Positions 1-8,741 are shown, numbered from the stretch's first letter. The stretch: DNA of 64,000 bases from an uncultured Gammaproteobacteria bacterium (GCA_964538435.1 CAZIDX010000004.1:769-64768); one strand, 5' to 3'. The notes: a model not told the origin generated them from the letters alone. Program-made: numbers and translations.

Positions 1-115
1 CTCCATCGTAGTTCTCAACGCCGATAGATTACTAGAAAATCGAATAAATATCAAGTCTTTTGGGTGGATATATTTGCTCCCAAAAATACTGTGTTTATTG
101 TATCATGTACTTACT

Positions 116-1363
116 ATGAAAAAGACCCTTTTTACCCTTTTTGCGCTTGCGCTCTTGTTTTTTTCTCCTGGAGTTTCGCAAGCAGCAGAAGGCCTTAATC
201 TTTATTTCTTTTACGGAGACACCTGTCCGCATTGTGCGGCTGAGGAGGTGTATTTGGATGAGGTGCTTGAGGAGTATCCGCAGATTGAGCTGCATGCGTT
301 TGAGATTTATAAGGATCAGAGCAACGTTCGACTCTTTCAGCAGGTTGCAGAGAAGATAGATGCAGAAGCTACGGGAGTACCTTTTCTTGTGGTTGGTGAT
401 GAGGCGATTGTTGGGTATTTGGAGGGGCTGACAGATGCTGTTATTGATGAGCGTGTTGCGTTTTGTCTTGAGAATGAATGTCCAGACTCGGTTGCTGGCA
501 TGGTTGGTTTGGATGAGCCAGCAGTACCGACTTTGTATGAAGGTGATGGAGACGCAGAGCCGATGCTTGTTTCTGAAATAGAGGAGGAGGTTGAGGGGGT
601 TCAGGAGTCTAGTGTGCGGATGGTGAACCTTCCAATTTTGGGTGAGACAGACTTGGCTCAGTTTTCACTTCCTGTGCTTGCTGTGGTGATTGGTGTGCTC
701 GATGGGTTTAATCCGTGTGCGATGTGGGTACTGCTCTTTCTTATAAGCATGCTCCTCGGAATGGAGAATAAGAAGCGGATGTGGACGCTTGGAACTGTGT
801 TTATTGTTGCGTCTGCGGCAGTGTACTTTGTGTTCATGTCAGCATGGCTTAATCTGATTTTGTTCCTCGGTTTTGTTTTCTGGGTAAGGTTGCTTATCGG
901 TCTTCTTGCGCTTGGGGTGAGTGGTTATAACTTCAAAGAATACTTTTTCAACAAGGAGGCGGTTTGTAAGATTACAAAGGGGCAGAAGAGGCAGAAGGTG
1001 TTTGATAAAATCAAAACGATTATTTCTGAGAAGAGTTTCTGGATTGCGCTTGTGGGGATTGTCTTGCTAGCGTTTGCTGTGAATTTGGTTGAGCTTGTGT
1101 GTTCTGCTGGTCTGCCAGTGATTTTTACACAAATGCTAGCGCTCAATGATTTGTCTGCGTTTCAGCATTATCTCTACATTTTTATTTACATCTTGTTTTT
1201 CATGATCGATGATCTGATTGTGTTTTTTGTGGCTATGATCACACTTCATGTTACGGGAATAACCACAAAGTATACTCGGGCCTCACGGCTTATCGGTGGT
1301 GTTTTGATGCTTATTATCGGGCTGCTTATGTTGTTTAAGCCTGAGTGGCTCATGTTTGGATAA
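116..1363 (+). CDS. Thioredoxin/glutaredoxin-fold (CPHC) protein fused to a DsbD/CcdA-like transmembrane domain
   Basis: Signal peptide from ATG 116 (MKKTLF...); FFYGDTCPHC and GVPF thioredoxin motifs; C-terminal ~6 TM region with FNPCAMW and ELVCSAG cysteines. Confidence 0.8.
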   Translation: MKKTLFTLFALALLFFSPGVSQAAEGLNLYFFYGDTCPHCAAEEVYLDEVLEEYPQIELHAFEIYKDQSNVRLFQQVAEKIDAEATGVPFLVVGDEAIVGYLEGLTDAVIDERVAFCLENECPDSVAGMVGLDEPAVPTLYEGDGDAEPMLVSEIEEEVEGVQESSVRMVNLPILGETDLAQFSLPVLAVVIGVLDGFNPCAMWVLLFLISMLLGMENKKRMWTLGTVFIVASAAVYFVFMSAWLNLILFLGFVFWVRLLIGLLALGVSGYNFKEYFFNKEAVCKITKGQKRQKVFDKIKTIISEKSFWIALVGIVLLAFAVNLVELVCSAGLPVIFTQMLALNDLSAFQHYLYIFIYILFFMIDDLIVFFVAMITLHVTGITTKYTRASRLIGGVLMLIIGLLMLFKPEWLMFG

Positions 1364-1367
1364 GAGC

Positions 1368-1395
1368 AAGCTCCAGGTTGAGGCCTGGAGTTTTT
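1368..1395 (+). terminator. Intrinsic terminator
   Basis: aagctccagg-ttgagg-cctggagttttt stem-loop plus T run directly after the stop codon. Confidence 0.7.
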
Positions 1396-1400
1396 CTATA

Positions 1401-1650
1401 CCAGGAAACCCCGCATGGAGGCGACCTCAAGGGCGCCGGAGTGCGGGGATGAATGGTGCCTGGAGCGAAGCGGAAGTTTTTGCATTCAAACGAATTTTTG
1501 TCATTCTGAAGGAGTCTGAGTTGACTGAAGAATCTCTCATGTTCACAGATCAGGAGATTCTTCGCTACGCTCAGAATGACAAAAATGTGTTTGAATGAAG
1601 CGTTGGAAACCCCGGATGGAGCCGCTAGGCGGAGTCCGGGGAGGATGTCA
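1401..1650 (+). mobile_element. Non-autonomous IS200/IS605-type element (PATE-like) without transposase
   Basis: Left hairpin ccaggaaaccccgca...tgcggggatgaatgg (1401-1456) and right hairpin ggaaaccccgga...tccggggaggatgtca (1605-1650) resemble IS200/IS605 subterminal hairpins; no credible ORF inside. Confidence 0.55.
1483..1597. repeat. Long REP-like palindrome (GTCATTCTGA...GAAGAATCTC / GAGATTCTTC...TCAGAATGAC type)
   Basis: cattcaaac..tttttgtcattctga pairs with tcagaatgacaaaaa..gtttgaatg; inner gaagaatctc/gagattcttc stem. Confidence 0.7.
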
Positions 1651-1706
1651 TTGTATTGACAAAGCGCTTCTTTTGGTGCAATGTGTGCAGTCAGGAAGGA
1701 GGATTT

Positions 1707-2717
1707 GTGAGAATTATCCTGATCGGATTGCTGTTTTGTGCCTTGATTTGGGGATGTGAGCTTGAGGAAGGTTTCAACCCTCAAGATGACGATGTGGTCC
1801 AGGATGATGACGATTCGGCCGGAGACGACGATGACATTATCGAAGATGCGTGTCCGAATCCGGATGCTCAGATCAGGCTCGAGGCCGGGACATACGTGCT
1901 GGAGGGGCACGAGCTGGGCAACACAGAGTATATTCCGCAACTTCGACCTGAGAGCGAGCATGACTTCGATGGGCAGACGTGCATTGAAGAGTGTCGATTT
2001 CCTGGTTGTGGGTCCGAGCAGATTGGGCAGCACGAGATCATTGGTGATGGCTTGACCTATCGAATGGTTGAGTTCATTGCAGAGATGGCTCCGCAGCAGA
2101 TCGGACGGAGGCTTTGCACTGCTGCAGAACATCAGGCTGCCTCGGCTCTTCCTGAGAATCCTGCGTACGGGTATGGGGGCGCGTACCAGCAGTTAGCGTG
2201 TGACTCGTCACTGAGTCCGGTCTACTTGATCGGCGAGCTCGACAGTTGTGTGTCTGCGCTTGGATTGCGAGACGTGATGCACCGCGGGGAATGGGTGTTT
2301 ATCGACAAAGAGACAGCTGAGGCATATAACCAATGGTCCCATGATCATGGTTGGACTTGTCTTGGGCCTGAGAGCGAAAATGAGCCAGCGCTTATCGAAG
2401 AGGGGTGGCTTGCGGTCAGTGGGGGAACCAATGATCGTTGCGCAGAGGCCTTTTACGGCTGCTTCGTAAACTCGCTTCACTGGCATGTTCATACTGGAGA
2501 TCCGTTCTCGTATGGAGATCCTGATGTGGAGTATGACGACGACTCGCTCCGGTTCTGTGTGGACATTGACAGCCCGCCAAGCCAGGAGCAAGAGAAGCTT
2601 TACGAGCAGGTGCGAGCTTTGGCTCAGGAGGAGATTTCCTACGAACCCTTGCTCGAGGCTCTGGGGTGGTATAACCAGGCGATCTCAGCCAAAGTACCAA
2701 CGGCCGGTCATCACTAG
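1707..2717 (+). CDS. Putative lipoprotein with Asp-rich linker and FGE-sulfatase-like (formylglycine-generating enzyme fold) domain
   Basis: GTG 1707 after AGGAGG; lipobox-like LIWG-C; DDDDSAGDDDD linker; GRRLCTAAEHQAA, CVSALGLRDV...EWV and LRFC resemble FGE-like motifs. Confidence 0.6.
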   Translation: MRIILIGLLFCALIWGCELEEGFNPQDDDVVQDDDDSAGDDDDIIEDACPNPDAQIRLEAGTYVLEGHELGNTEYIPQLRPESEHDFDGQTCIEECRFPGCGSEQIGQHEIIGDGLTYRMVEFIAEMAPQQIGRRLCTAAEHQAASALPENPAYGYGGAYQQLACDSSLSPVYLIGELDSCVSALGLRDVMHRGEWVFIDKETAEAYNQWSHDHGWTCLGPESENEPALIEEGWLAVSGGTNDRCAEAFYGCFVNSLHWHVHTGDPFSYGDPDVEYDDDSLRFCVDIDSPPSQEQEKLYEQVRALAQEEISYEPLLEALGWYNQAISAKVPTAGHH

Positions 2718-2775
2718 ATGATCGGTTTTCTACTATTCAAAAATCCGAGGCTTAACCTCGGACTTTATTATTCGG

Positions 2776-2852
2776 TGGCGTACCTGGCAGGACTTGAACC
2801 TGCGACCTTTGGCTCCGCAAGCCAACGCTCTATCCAGCTGAGCTACAGGTAC
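2776..2852 (-). tRNA. tRNA-Arg (anticodon GCG)
   Basis: Reverse complement GTACCTG...TTGGC-TTGCGGA-GCCAA...GCAGGTTCAAGTCCTGC-CAGGTAC-G-CCA folds as a complete 77-nt cloverleaf with encoded CCA. Confidence 0.95.
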
Positions 2853-2857
2853 TCGGC

Positions 2858-3358
2858 TTACAGTTTATACAGTCTTCGCATGAGATCCGTCAAGTTTTCT
2901 TCGGTTCTGTCCATGTTTTCGTAGCAATAGTGCATGAGAGCCTCTCGGATTTCATTTGGATCATTGTCTTCTAGTGGAATGGAAAGAAGTGGTTGCCAAG
3001 GAGAGTGGAATTCGAAATAGAGGTACTTTACGTCTGGTGGATCATAGGCAATTGAGAAGTCCTGCAAGGCCTCGTAGTCGTAGTACATGTCACCCACAAC
3101 AACACCTGTGTTGGTAAGGATTACCGGGATGCGGTCAGGTGGCAGAAAAGTTGAGAGAAGGGTGATGATGCCGATCATGAGGATGATGACCGCAAACAGG
3201 AAGTTTGCTGTGGCAATGGAGTACATGATGAGGCCGACTCCAACAATTGCTCCTAATATATACCAATATTGTGAGCGTTTGTGGTGTGGGTATTCATCGA
3301 CTTCCCATTGAACAATTGGTGCACCAATCTCCATTGGGCTTATTTCTTGCTGTGCCAT
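2858..3358 (-). CDS. Conserved hypothetical membrane protein (two TM helices plus PH-like C-terminus)
   Basis: W...EYPHHKRSQYWY followed by two hydrophobic helices; likely start MAQQE at 3358. Confidence 0.7.
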   Translation of the reverse strand: MAQQEISPMEIGAPIVQWEVDEYPHHKRSQYWYILGAIVGVGLIMYSIATANFLFAVIILMIGIITLLSTFLPPDRIPVILTNTGVVVGDMYYDYEALQDFSIAYDPPDVKYLYFEFHSPWQPLLSIPLEDNDPNEIREALMHYCYENMDRTEENLTDLMRRLYKL

Positions 3359-3494
3359 ACGCGGGTATTTTAGCATGTTTGGAAGGGGAATTGTAGGTTT
3401 TGTGAAGCTTGCACTCTTGACAAGTTCTCTGATTTGAAGCAGTCAAGAATGCTACGATATTATCATGGTCATTTATACGACGATCGACGGTTAT

Positions 3495-4028
3495 ATGCCT
3501 AAGAAAGAATCAAGAAAACGTTCGATGAGTTTTTATTCAAGAGCTTCACAAATTTTGATGGGGATTTTTGAGTATGGAGATTTAGTAATTGAGAATATTC
3601 ATCAGCCAGGATTGGCTTTTCGATATGGGCTTGAGAACGCGATCGAGATTCGTGATTCTAAGGAAAAAGCTCTTCAAAAAAGAGAGCTTCGTCGGTTGGA
3701 AGAAAGGAGATTGGTGAAGATTGATAAAACTGCCAAGTTGTATGTTGTGCGTTTGAGTGATGATGGTTTATTGGAGGTTTTGAGGCAAAAAATTAACCAG
3801 GCATATCCATTACCAGACGGGAGGGATTGCATTGTGGTGTTTGATATTCCTGAGTCAAAAAGAAAGCTTAGGGATGGCTTGAGAAGGCTTTTAAAAGACG
3901 TCGGTTTTTTCTGTATTCAGAGAAGTGTTTGGATGTCTCCATTTGATGCTGGCGAGGCGTTCGCCGAGTTTTTTCGATTTGTTGGAAATGAAGACTGGGT
4001 TAGGGTATACACAGGGATAAGGCATTGA
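3495..4028 (+). CDS. Solo PaaX-like regulator (wHTH plus Cas2-like domain)
   Basis: LRRLEERRLV...LSDDG winged-helix-like segment; IVVFDIPE.KRKLRD.LR.LL...GF..IQRSVW Cas2-like PaaX motif. Confidence 0.75.
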   Translation: MPKKESRKRSMSFYSRASQILMGIFEYGDLVIENIHQPGLAFRYGLENAIEIRDSKEKALQKRELRRLEERRLVKIDKTAKLYVVRLSDDGLLEVLRQKINQAYPLPDGRDCIVVFDIPESKRKLRDGLRRLLKDVGFFCIQRSVWMSPFDAGEAFAEFFRFVGNEDWVRVYTGIRH

Positions 4029-4225
4029 GTTTTGAATTTTTGAGGCGCATATGCGTCGATCGACGGTTATGTGGTTGAGTTGGTTAATGTTTTGATTTAT
4101 GAAGATTAGTTGGTGAGGCTTTTGGTTTTGTGTTGACAGGGAGATGGGTGCAGGTTAATGTCTGAGAAATCGGAATTGGCATCCTGTGTGGGGTTCGGGA
4201 GTAACCCCGGGTGCGTGGAGTGGTT

Positions 4226-4417
4226 ATGGAACAGGTTGTGGTTTTCACGGCAGAAGACGAGAAGGTTGTCACGCTCGGTGAAAAGATCAGTGAGTGGCTC
4301 AGGACGCATCCGAATATCAGGATCACTGACAGGAAGCAGACCGAGTCGGCAGCCGGTAGTGAGTTGAGGAGAAGTCATTACGTGACGATCTCCATCTGGT
4401 ACATGGAGCCACTCTAG
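4226..4417 (+). CDS. Small hypothetical protein (Cse60-like)
   Basis: ATG 4226 after GGAG; QVVVF...LGEKISEWL..HPNIRI...ISIWY pattern; promoter TTGACA(4133)-17-TAATGT upstream. Confidence 0.55.
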   Translation: MEQVVVFTAEDEKVVTLGEKISEWLRTHPNIRITDRKQTESAAGSELRRSHYVTISIWYMEPL

Positions 4418-4489
4418 GAAGAGTGATTCCACGAAGAGCTTTTGCTTCGGCAAAGCTCTTTTCTAATTGATATGCTAAGATGCAATCGT

Positions 4490-6532
4490 ATGGCGATTCA
4501 CTTAACATCTTCTGTTTCTGAGCTTCCTGGAATCGGGGGAAAGGCTCTTGCGGCGCTTCGGTCGCTTGGGATTTCTTCTGTGCGAGACCTCTTATGGTAT
4601 GTGCCGTTTCGGTATGATGATTTTTCTGTTATTCGTGGAGCTGGTGAGGTGAAGGCTGGGGAGACTGTGACGGTGATTGGAGTAGTCCAATCGATTACGT
4701 CTCGGCCTGCGCAGAATCGTAAACTCAAGATTGTCGATGGGGTGATTGAGGATGAGACTGGGGAGCTTAAGGTGACTTGGTTTAATCAGGCCTATCTTGA
4801 GAAGACGCTTCCGCCTGGGACAAAGGTTGCGGTTGCTGGGCGCGTGGAAAATCGCTACGGGCTCTCGATGACCAGTCCGGTGATTGAGAAGAGAAAGGCA
4901 AGCGTGCACACTGGGCGCATTGTTCCAGTGTATGGCCTCACAGGTTCGCTTACGATGAGACGACTGCGCGATGCCATTCATGCTGCGCTCCCGGCTGCGA
5001 AGGAAATGACTGACTGGCTTCCTGAAGAGATTGCAAAGAAAGAAATTTTCCCGAGCTTGGCTGAGGCGATTCGGGCTGTGCATTTTCCTGAGACTCAGGC
5101 TGAGCTTACGTCTGCGATTGATCGCTTGAAGTTTGGTGAGCTGTTTTTGCATCAACTTATGTTTGCGCATGTGCGGCGTGAGCGAGAGAAAAAGTCTGCG
5201 CATTCGATTAGGCTTGATGAGGAGTTTTTGAAAGAGTTTGCTGCTGGTTTGCCGTTTGAGCTGACTAGCTCGCAGAAAAAAGCAATCTGGAGCACTGTGC
5301 AGGATACGGCTGGCAGTGAGCCAATGAATCGTTTGCTTGAGGGAGATGTTGGGTCTGGAAAAACAGTCGTGGCTGCGGCTGCGATTGCGAATGTGCTCAA
5401 GGGTGGGCTTACGGCCGTGTACCTTGCACCAACAGAGATTCTGGCCATGCAGCAGCATCAGGCGCTATCGAAGTTTTTGTCTGAGCCAGTGGGGCTTCTT
5501 ACACGCTCGCAGTCAAAGCTTGGGGAGGAAGAGATTGCAAAGACTGAGATCCTCGATCAGGCCAAGGGGCGATGCATTGTTGGAACGCATGCACTCCTTC
5601 AGGATAAAATTAAGATTGATGATGTCGCGCTTGTTGTGGTGGATGAGCAGCATCGTTTTGGTGTGGAGCAAAGGCATGCGCTACTTGAGACCGGAAACAA
5701 GCCATCGCCGCATCTTTTGTCAATGACAGCCACACCGATTCCGCGCTCACTATCACTTACAATTTTTGGAGACCTCGATCTGTCAGTACTCACTGAGATG
5801 CCGGTCGGGAGAAAGCCTGTAGCTACTGCGGTTGTTCCTCGAGCAGAGCAACAAGGAATGTGGACGCATGTGCTTGAGCAGGTCAAAGAGGATAGGCAAG
5901 TGTTTGTAGTGTGTCCGCTCATTGATCCATCAGACAAAATGGGAGCAAAGTCAGTAGCCGAGGTCGCACGCGAGCTTTCTAAAGGTCCTCTCAAGAGCCT
6001 CAAGATCGCGCAGCTTCATGGAAGGCTCAAAAGCGAGGAGAAGGAACAGGCGATCAAAAAGTTTCGCGATGGCAAGATCGACGTCCTTGTCTCTACAACG
6101 GTTGTTGAGGTAGGAGTGGATATTCCAAACGCGAGCGTGATGGTGATTGTTGGAGCAGATAGGTTTGGTTTGGCGCAACTGCATCAGCTTCGTGGGCGCG
6201 TTGGGCGTTCTGATATTCAGTCGTATTGTTATCTCTTGCCAGGGGAGGAGATGAGTGTGAATGGAGTGGAGAGGCTCAAAACCATGGAGGTAACCAACGA
6301 TGGGTTTAAGCTGGCAGAGAAAGATTTGGAGCTGCGTGGTCCAGGGAATATTTTTGGAAATGCGCAGTCAGGGTTTCCGGACTTTGTGCTGGCGACCGTG
6401 GCGGATGTGGAACTCATGTCCCGCGCGCGCGAGTGGTCAGGGAAGCTTCTTGGTGCTGATCCGGAGCTTGAGAGGCATCCTTTGATTAGGGATAGGGTAA
6501 AGAGGGAGTTTGATTCGGTTCATTTGGAATAA
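4490..6532 (+). CDS. recG: ATP-dependent DNA helicase RecG
   Basis: Wedge domain; RLLEGDVGSGKT, DEQHRFG, MTATPIPRSL, QLHQLRGRVGR and DLELRGPG motifs. Confidence 0.97.
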   Translation: MAIHLTSSVSELPGIGGKALAALRSLGISSVRDLLWYVPFRYDDFSVIRGAGEVKAGETVTVIGVVQSITSRPAQNRKLKIVDGVIEDETGELKVTWFNQAYLEKTLPPGTKVAVAGRVENRYGLSMTSPVIEKRKASVHTGRIVPVYGLTGSLTMRRLRDAIHAALPAAKEMTDWLPEEIAKKEIFPSLAEAIRAVHFPETQAELTSAIDRLKFGELFLHQLMFAHVRREREKKSAHSIRLDEEFLKEFAAGLPFELTSSQKKAIWSTVQDTAGSEPMNRLLEGDVGSGKTVVAAAAIANVLKGGLTAVYLAPTEILAMQQHQALSKFLSEPVGLLTRSQSKLGEEEIAKTEILDQAKGRCIVGTHALLQDKIKIDDVALVVVDEQHRFGVEQRHALLETGNKPSPHLLSMTATPIPRSLSLTIFGDLDLSVLTEMPVGRKPVATAVVPRAEQQGMWTHVLEQVKEDRQVFVVCPLIDPSDKMGAKSVAEVARELSKGPLKSLKIAQLHGRLKSEEKEQAIKKFRDGKIDVLVSTTVVEVGVDIPNASVMVIVGADRFGLAQLHQLRGRVGRSDIQSYCYLLPGEEMSVNGVERLKTMEVTNDGFKLAEKDLELRGPGNIFGNAQSGFPDFVLATVADVELMSRAREWSGKLLGADPELERHPLIRDRVKREFDSVHLE

Positions 6533-6716
6533 GTTTCGCTTTCGCTCGAATTTTTCTACGGGAGCTTGGGGCGGCCACGAGGTCGTAGGTTAAAAACTCG
6601 CTGCAGATGTTTTTAACCTACGACCTCGAACGGCCGTTTGGCGTCCTGGGCCACTGGGTAGGGTGGTGTTACGACGCTTCGGCACATCGAGTGCCTCGCG
6701 TCGTCATCTTCATTGG
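6533..6716 (+). repeat. Structured repeat family 1, copy A
   Basis: Shares tggggcggccacgaggtcgt...acgacctcgaaYggccgtttggcgtcctgggcc with copies at 39825 and 51316. Confidence 0.9.
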
Positions 6717-6777
6717 GTTCTGAGAAATGATTGACACATAGTCCCAATAGGGCTATTCTTTTTTTCTGGAGGATGAA

Positions 6778-7281
6778 ATGCCGATCGAGATTCCTGGTGC
6801 GATTACTTCTTTTCGAGGAAGCTACCGGTTCCTCTCCAACTTCTACGGGCACAAGCCTGAGCACATCAAGTTCACTGTGGTGGTGGATGGGGTGGAGTTT
6901 CACACGAGTGAACATGGGTTCATGGCTTCCAAGACGACTGACTTGGAGACCAGGCGACTGATCCAGGCTATGCCTGGTGCGATGCAGGCCAAGATGTACT
7001 GGCATGATGAGAGCAAACAGCACCTGCTCCGCGAGGACTGGGATGAGATCAGGCTCTCGACCATGTTGGACATGCTTCGTCAGAAGTTTGCTCATCCGAA
7101 GCTTCAGCAGATGCTGCTTGACACAGGTAACGTGATCTTGATCGAGGGCAACAACTGGGGGGATACGTTCTTCGGTGTCGATGAGGAGACTGGAGAAGGG
7201 GAGAGCTGGCTTGGGCGTTTGCTCATGATGGTTCGCACTGAGCGCGCTCTGGAGGAGTATCTCAAACGGGTCGCTGCGTAG
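6778..7281 (+). CDS. NADAR (YbiA-like) family protein
   Basis: FLSNFY, F.TSEH.F.A.K, QKF...LL.TG...LIEGN.WGD.FFG and LG.LLM.VR motifs; promoter TTGACA(6731)-17-TATTCT and GGAGG SD. Confidence 0.9.
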   Translation: MPIEIPGAITSFRGSYRFLSNFYGHKPEHIKFTVVVDGVEFHTSEHGFMASKTTDLETRRLIQAMPGAMQAKMYWHDESKQHLLREDWDEIRLSTMLDMLRQKFAHPKLQQMLLDTGNVILIEGNNWGDTFFGVDEETGEGESWLGRLLMMVRTERALEEYLKRVAA

Positions 7282-7388
7282 CAGCGGCTTTTTCTGTGAC
7301 ACAAAAACTCGTAGGTACGAGAATCTGTGTCACGTTTTTGAAAAAAGTTTGCTAAGTTTAGTTAATAAAAATGTTGTTGGTTTATAAC

Positions 7389-7417
7389 AAAAAACACGTA
7401 TTTACGTGTCTTTTTTG
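7389..7417. terminator. Bidirectional terminator between convergent NADAR and radA
   Basis: aaaaaacacgta-tt-tacgtgtctttttt. Confidence 0.55.
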
Positions 7418-7421
7418 TTTC

Positions 7422-8738
7422 TTAGAGATCTTTGATGTTTGAAATCCTTCTCAGTTCGATGTTGTCTGTTTTTACTTTGCTCTTTGCTGGGATTGCTGCT
7501 GCTGTGATTCCTAGTCTTGAGGTTTCTACTAGTCTTTTTTGTGTGAGTGGGGCTGAGCGCACTTCTCCTCCTAGGCCTACTTCTCCGATGTAGACAGTTG
7601 GGGTTTGGTCGATCTTGTTTGCAAACGCACTCTTGATAGCTGCGCAGATTGCTAGGTCTGCTGCTGGTTCTGAGAGTTTCATGCCTCCGATCACGTTGAG
7701 ATAGACATCTTTGTCTGACAGTTTGAGGTTGGCTCGTTTGGAAAGAATTGCAGTGAGCATTTGCAAACGGTTTTGATCAAATCCGGATGCGCGGCGGATG
7801 GGGGTTCCGTATGAGCTAGTTTCAACAAGCGCTTGGACCTCGACAAGGAATACACGTGAGCCTTCCATGGTTGCTGCGATGACTGAGCCTGGGGTGGCAG
7901 CGCGCTCTTCTAGAAATCGGGCAGAAGGGTTCTCGACAGGGATCAGGCCTTTTTCTGTCATCTCGAACACACCGATTTCGTCTGTGGCTCCAAAGCGATT
8001 CTTTTTGCTGCGGAGCATGCGGTAGGCATGCACAGGATCTCCTTCGATTTCGATAACAACGTCTACGAGGTGCTCGAGTGTCTTTGGTCCGGCAATAGAA
8101 CCGTCTTTTGTGACTTGGCCTACGAGCAGGATTGAGACTCCTGTGCGTTTTGCAACCTCCATGAGTAGAGCGGTTGCATAGCGGACAAGGGTGGGGGAGC
8201 CGGCAGTGGAGTCGAGTTCGTCTGAGGTGATTGTTTGTACGGAGTCAATAATCGCGAGGGCAGGCTTCTCTTTTTCAATTGTTGCTGCAAGAGTCTCGAT
8301 TGGGAGAGGTTCGAGCACATGAACATGGTCGGTTGGTTTTTCAAGTCGTGCAAAACGTGCGGTGAGCTGACCTGGGGATTCTTCTCCTGAAATGTAGAGC
8401 ACGGTCTCCTTGAGTGATCCAGCGATCGCAGCGACCATGGTGGATTTTCCGATTCCTGGTTCTCCTGAGATGAGGATGAGTGAGCCTTTTACAATTCCAC
8501 CTCCGAGTACACGGTCGGTTTCAGTATCGCCGGTGGGGGTGCGTTTGTGCTCATTCTGCTCAGCAATCTCTTTGAGAGGTTGGCTTTTTGAGGCTGCGGC
8601 AGTGCGCGCAGTTTTAAGAGACGAGCTTTTTTTGCTCGTCCTCCCTTGTTCTTCAGTTAGAGTGCCCCATTTGTCGCATACAAGGCATTTGCCTGCCCAT
8701 TTGGGGGATTGTGCGTCACAGTTTGAACAGATATACAT
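7422..8738 (-). CDS. radA: DNA repair protein RadA/Sms
   Basis: N-terminal CxxC...CxxC Zn finger, GEPGIGKST, KNRFG motif, Lon-like C-terminus. Confidence 0.97.
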   Translation of the reverse strand: MYICSNCDAQSPKWAGKCLVCDKWGTLTEEQGRTSKKSSSLKTARTAAASKSQPLKEIAEQNEHKRTPTGDTETDRVLGGGIVKGSLILISGEPGIGKSTMVAAIAGSLKETVLYISGEESPGQLTARFARLEKPTDHVHVLEPLPIETLAATIEKEKPALAIIDSVQTITSDELDSTAGSPTLVRYATALLMEVAKRTGVSILLVGQVTKDGSIAGPKTLEHLVDVVIEIEGDPVHAYRMLRSKKNRFGATDEIGVFEMTEKGLIPVENPSARFLEERAATPGSVIAATMEGSRVFLVEVQALVETSSYGTPIRRASGFDQNRLQMLTAILSKRANLKLSDKDVYLNVIGGMKLSEPAADLAICAAIKSAFANKIDQTPTVYIGEVGLGGEVRSAPLTQKRLVETSRLGITAAAIPAKSKVKTDNIELRRISNIKDL

Positions 8739-8741
8739 AGA

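Noticed and set aside
1350-2132. 260-aa minus ORF and 80-aa plus ORF over the palindromic region
   Set aside because: They run through repeat hairpins or antisense to the lipoprotein gene; no protein-like motifs
3495-4028. CRISPR-Cas locus suggested by the Cas2-like motif
   Set aside because: No repeat-spacer array or other cas genes; the architecture is PaaX-like with an N-terminal wHTH
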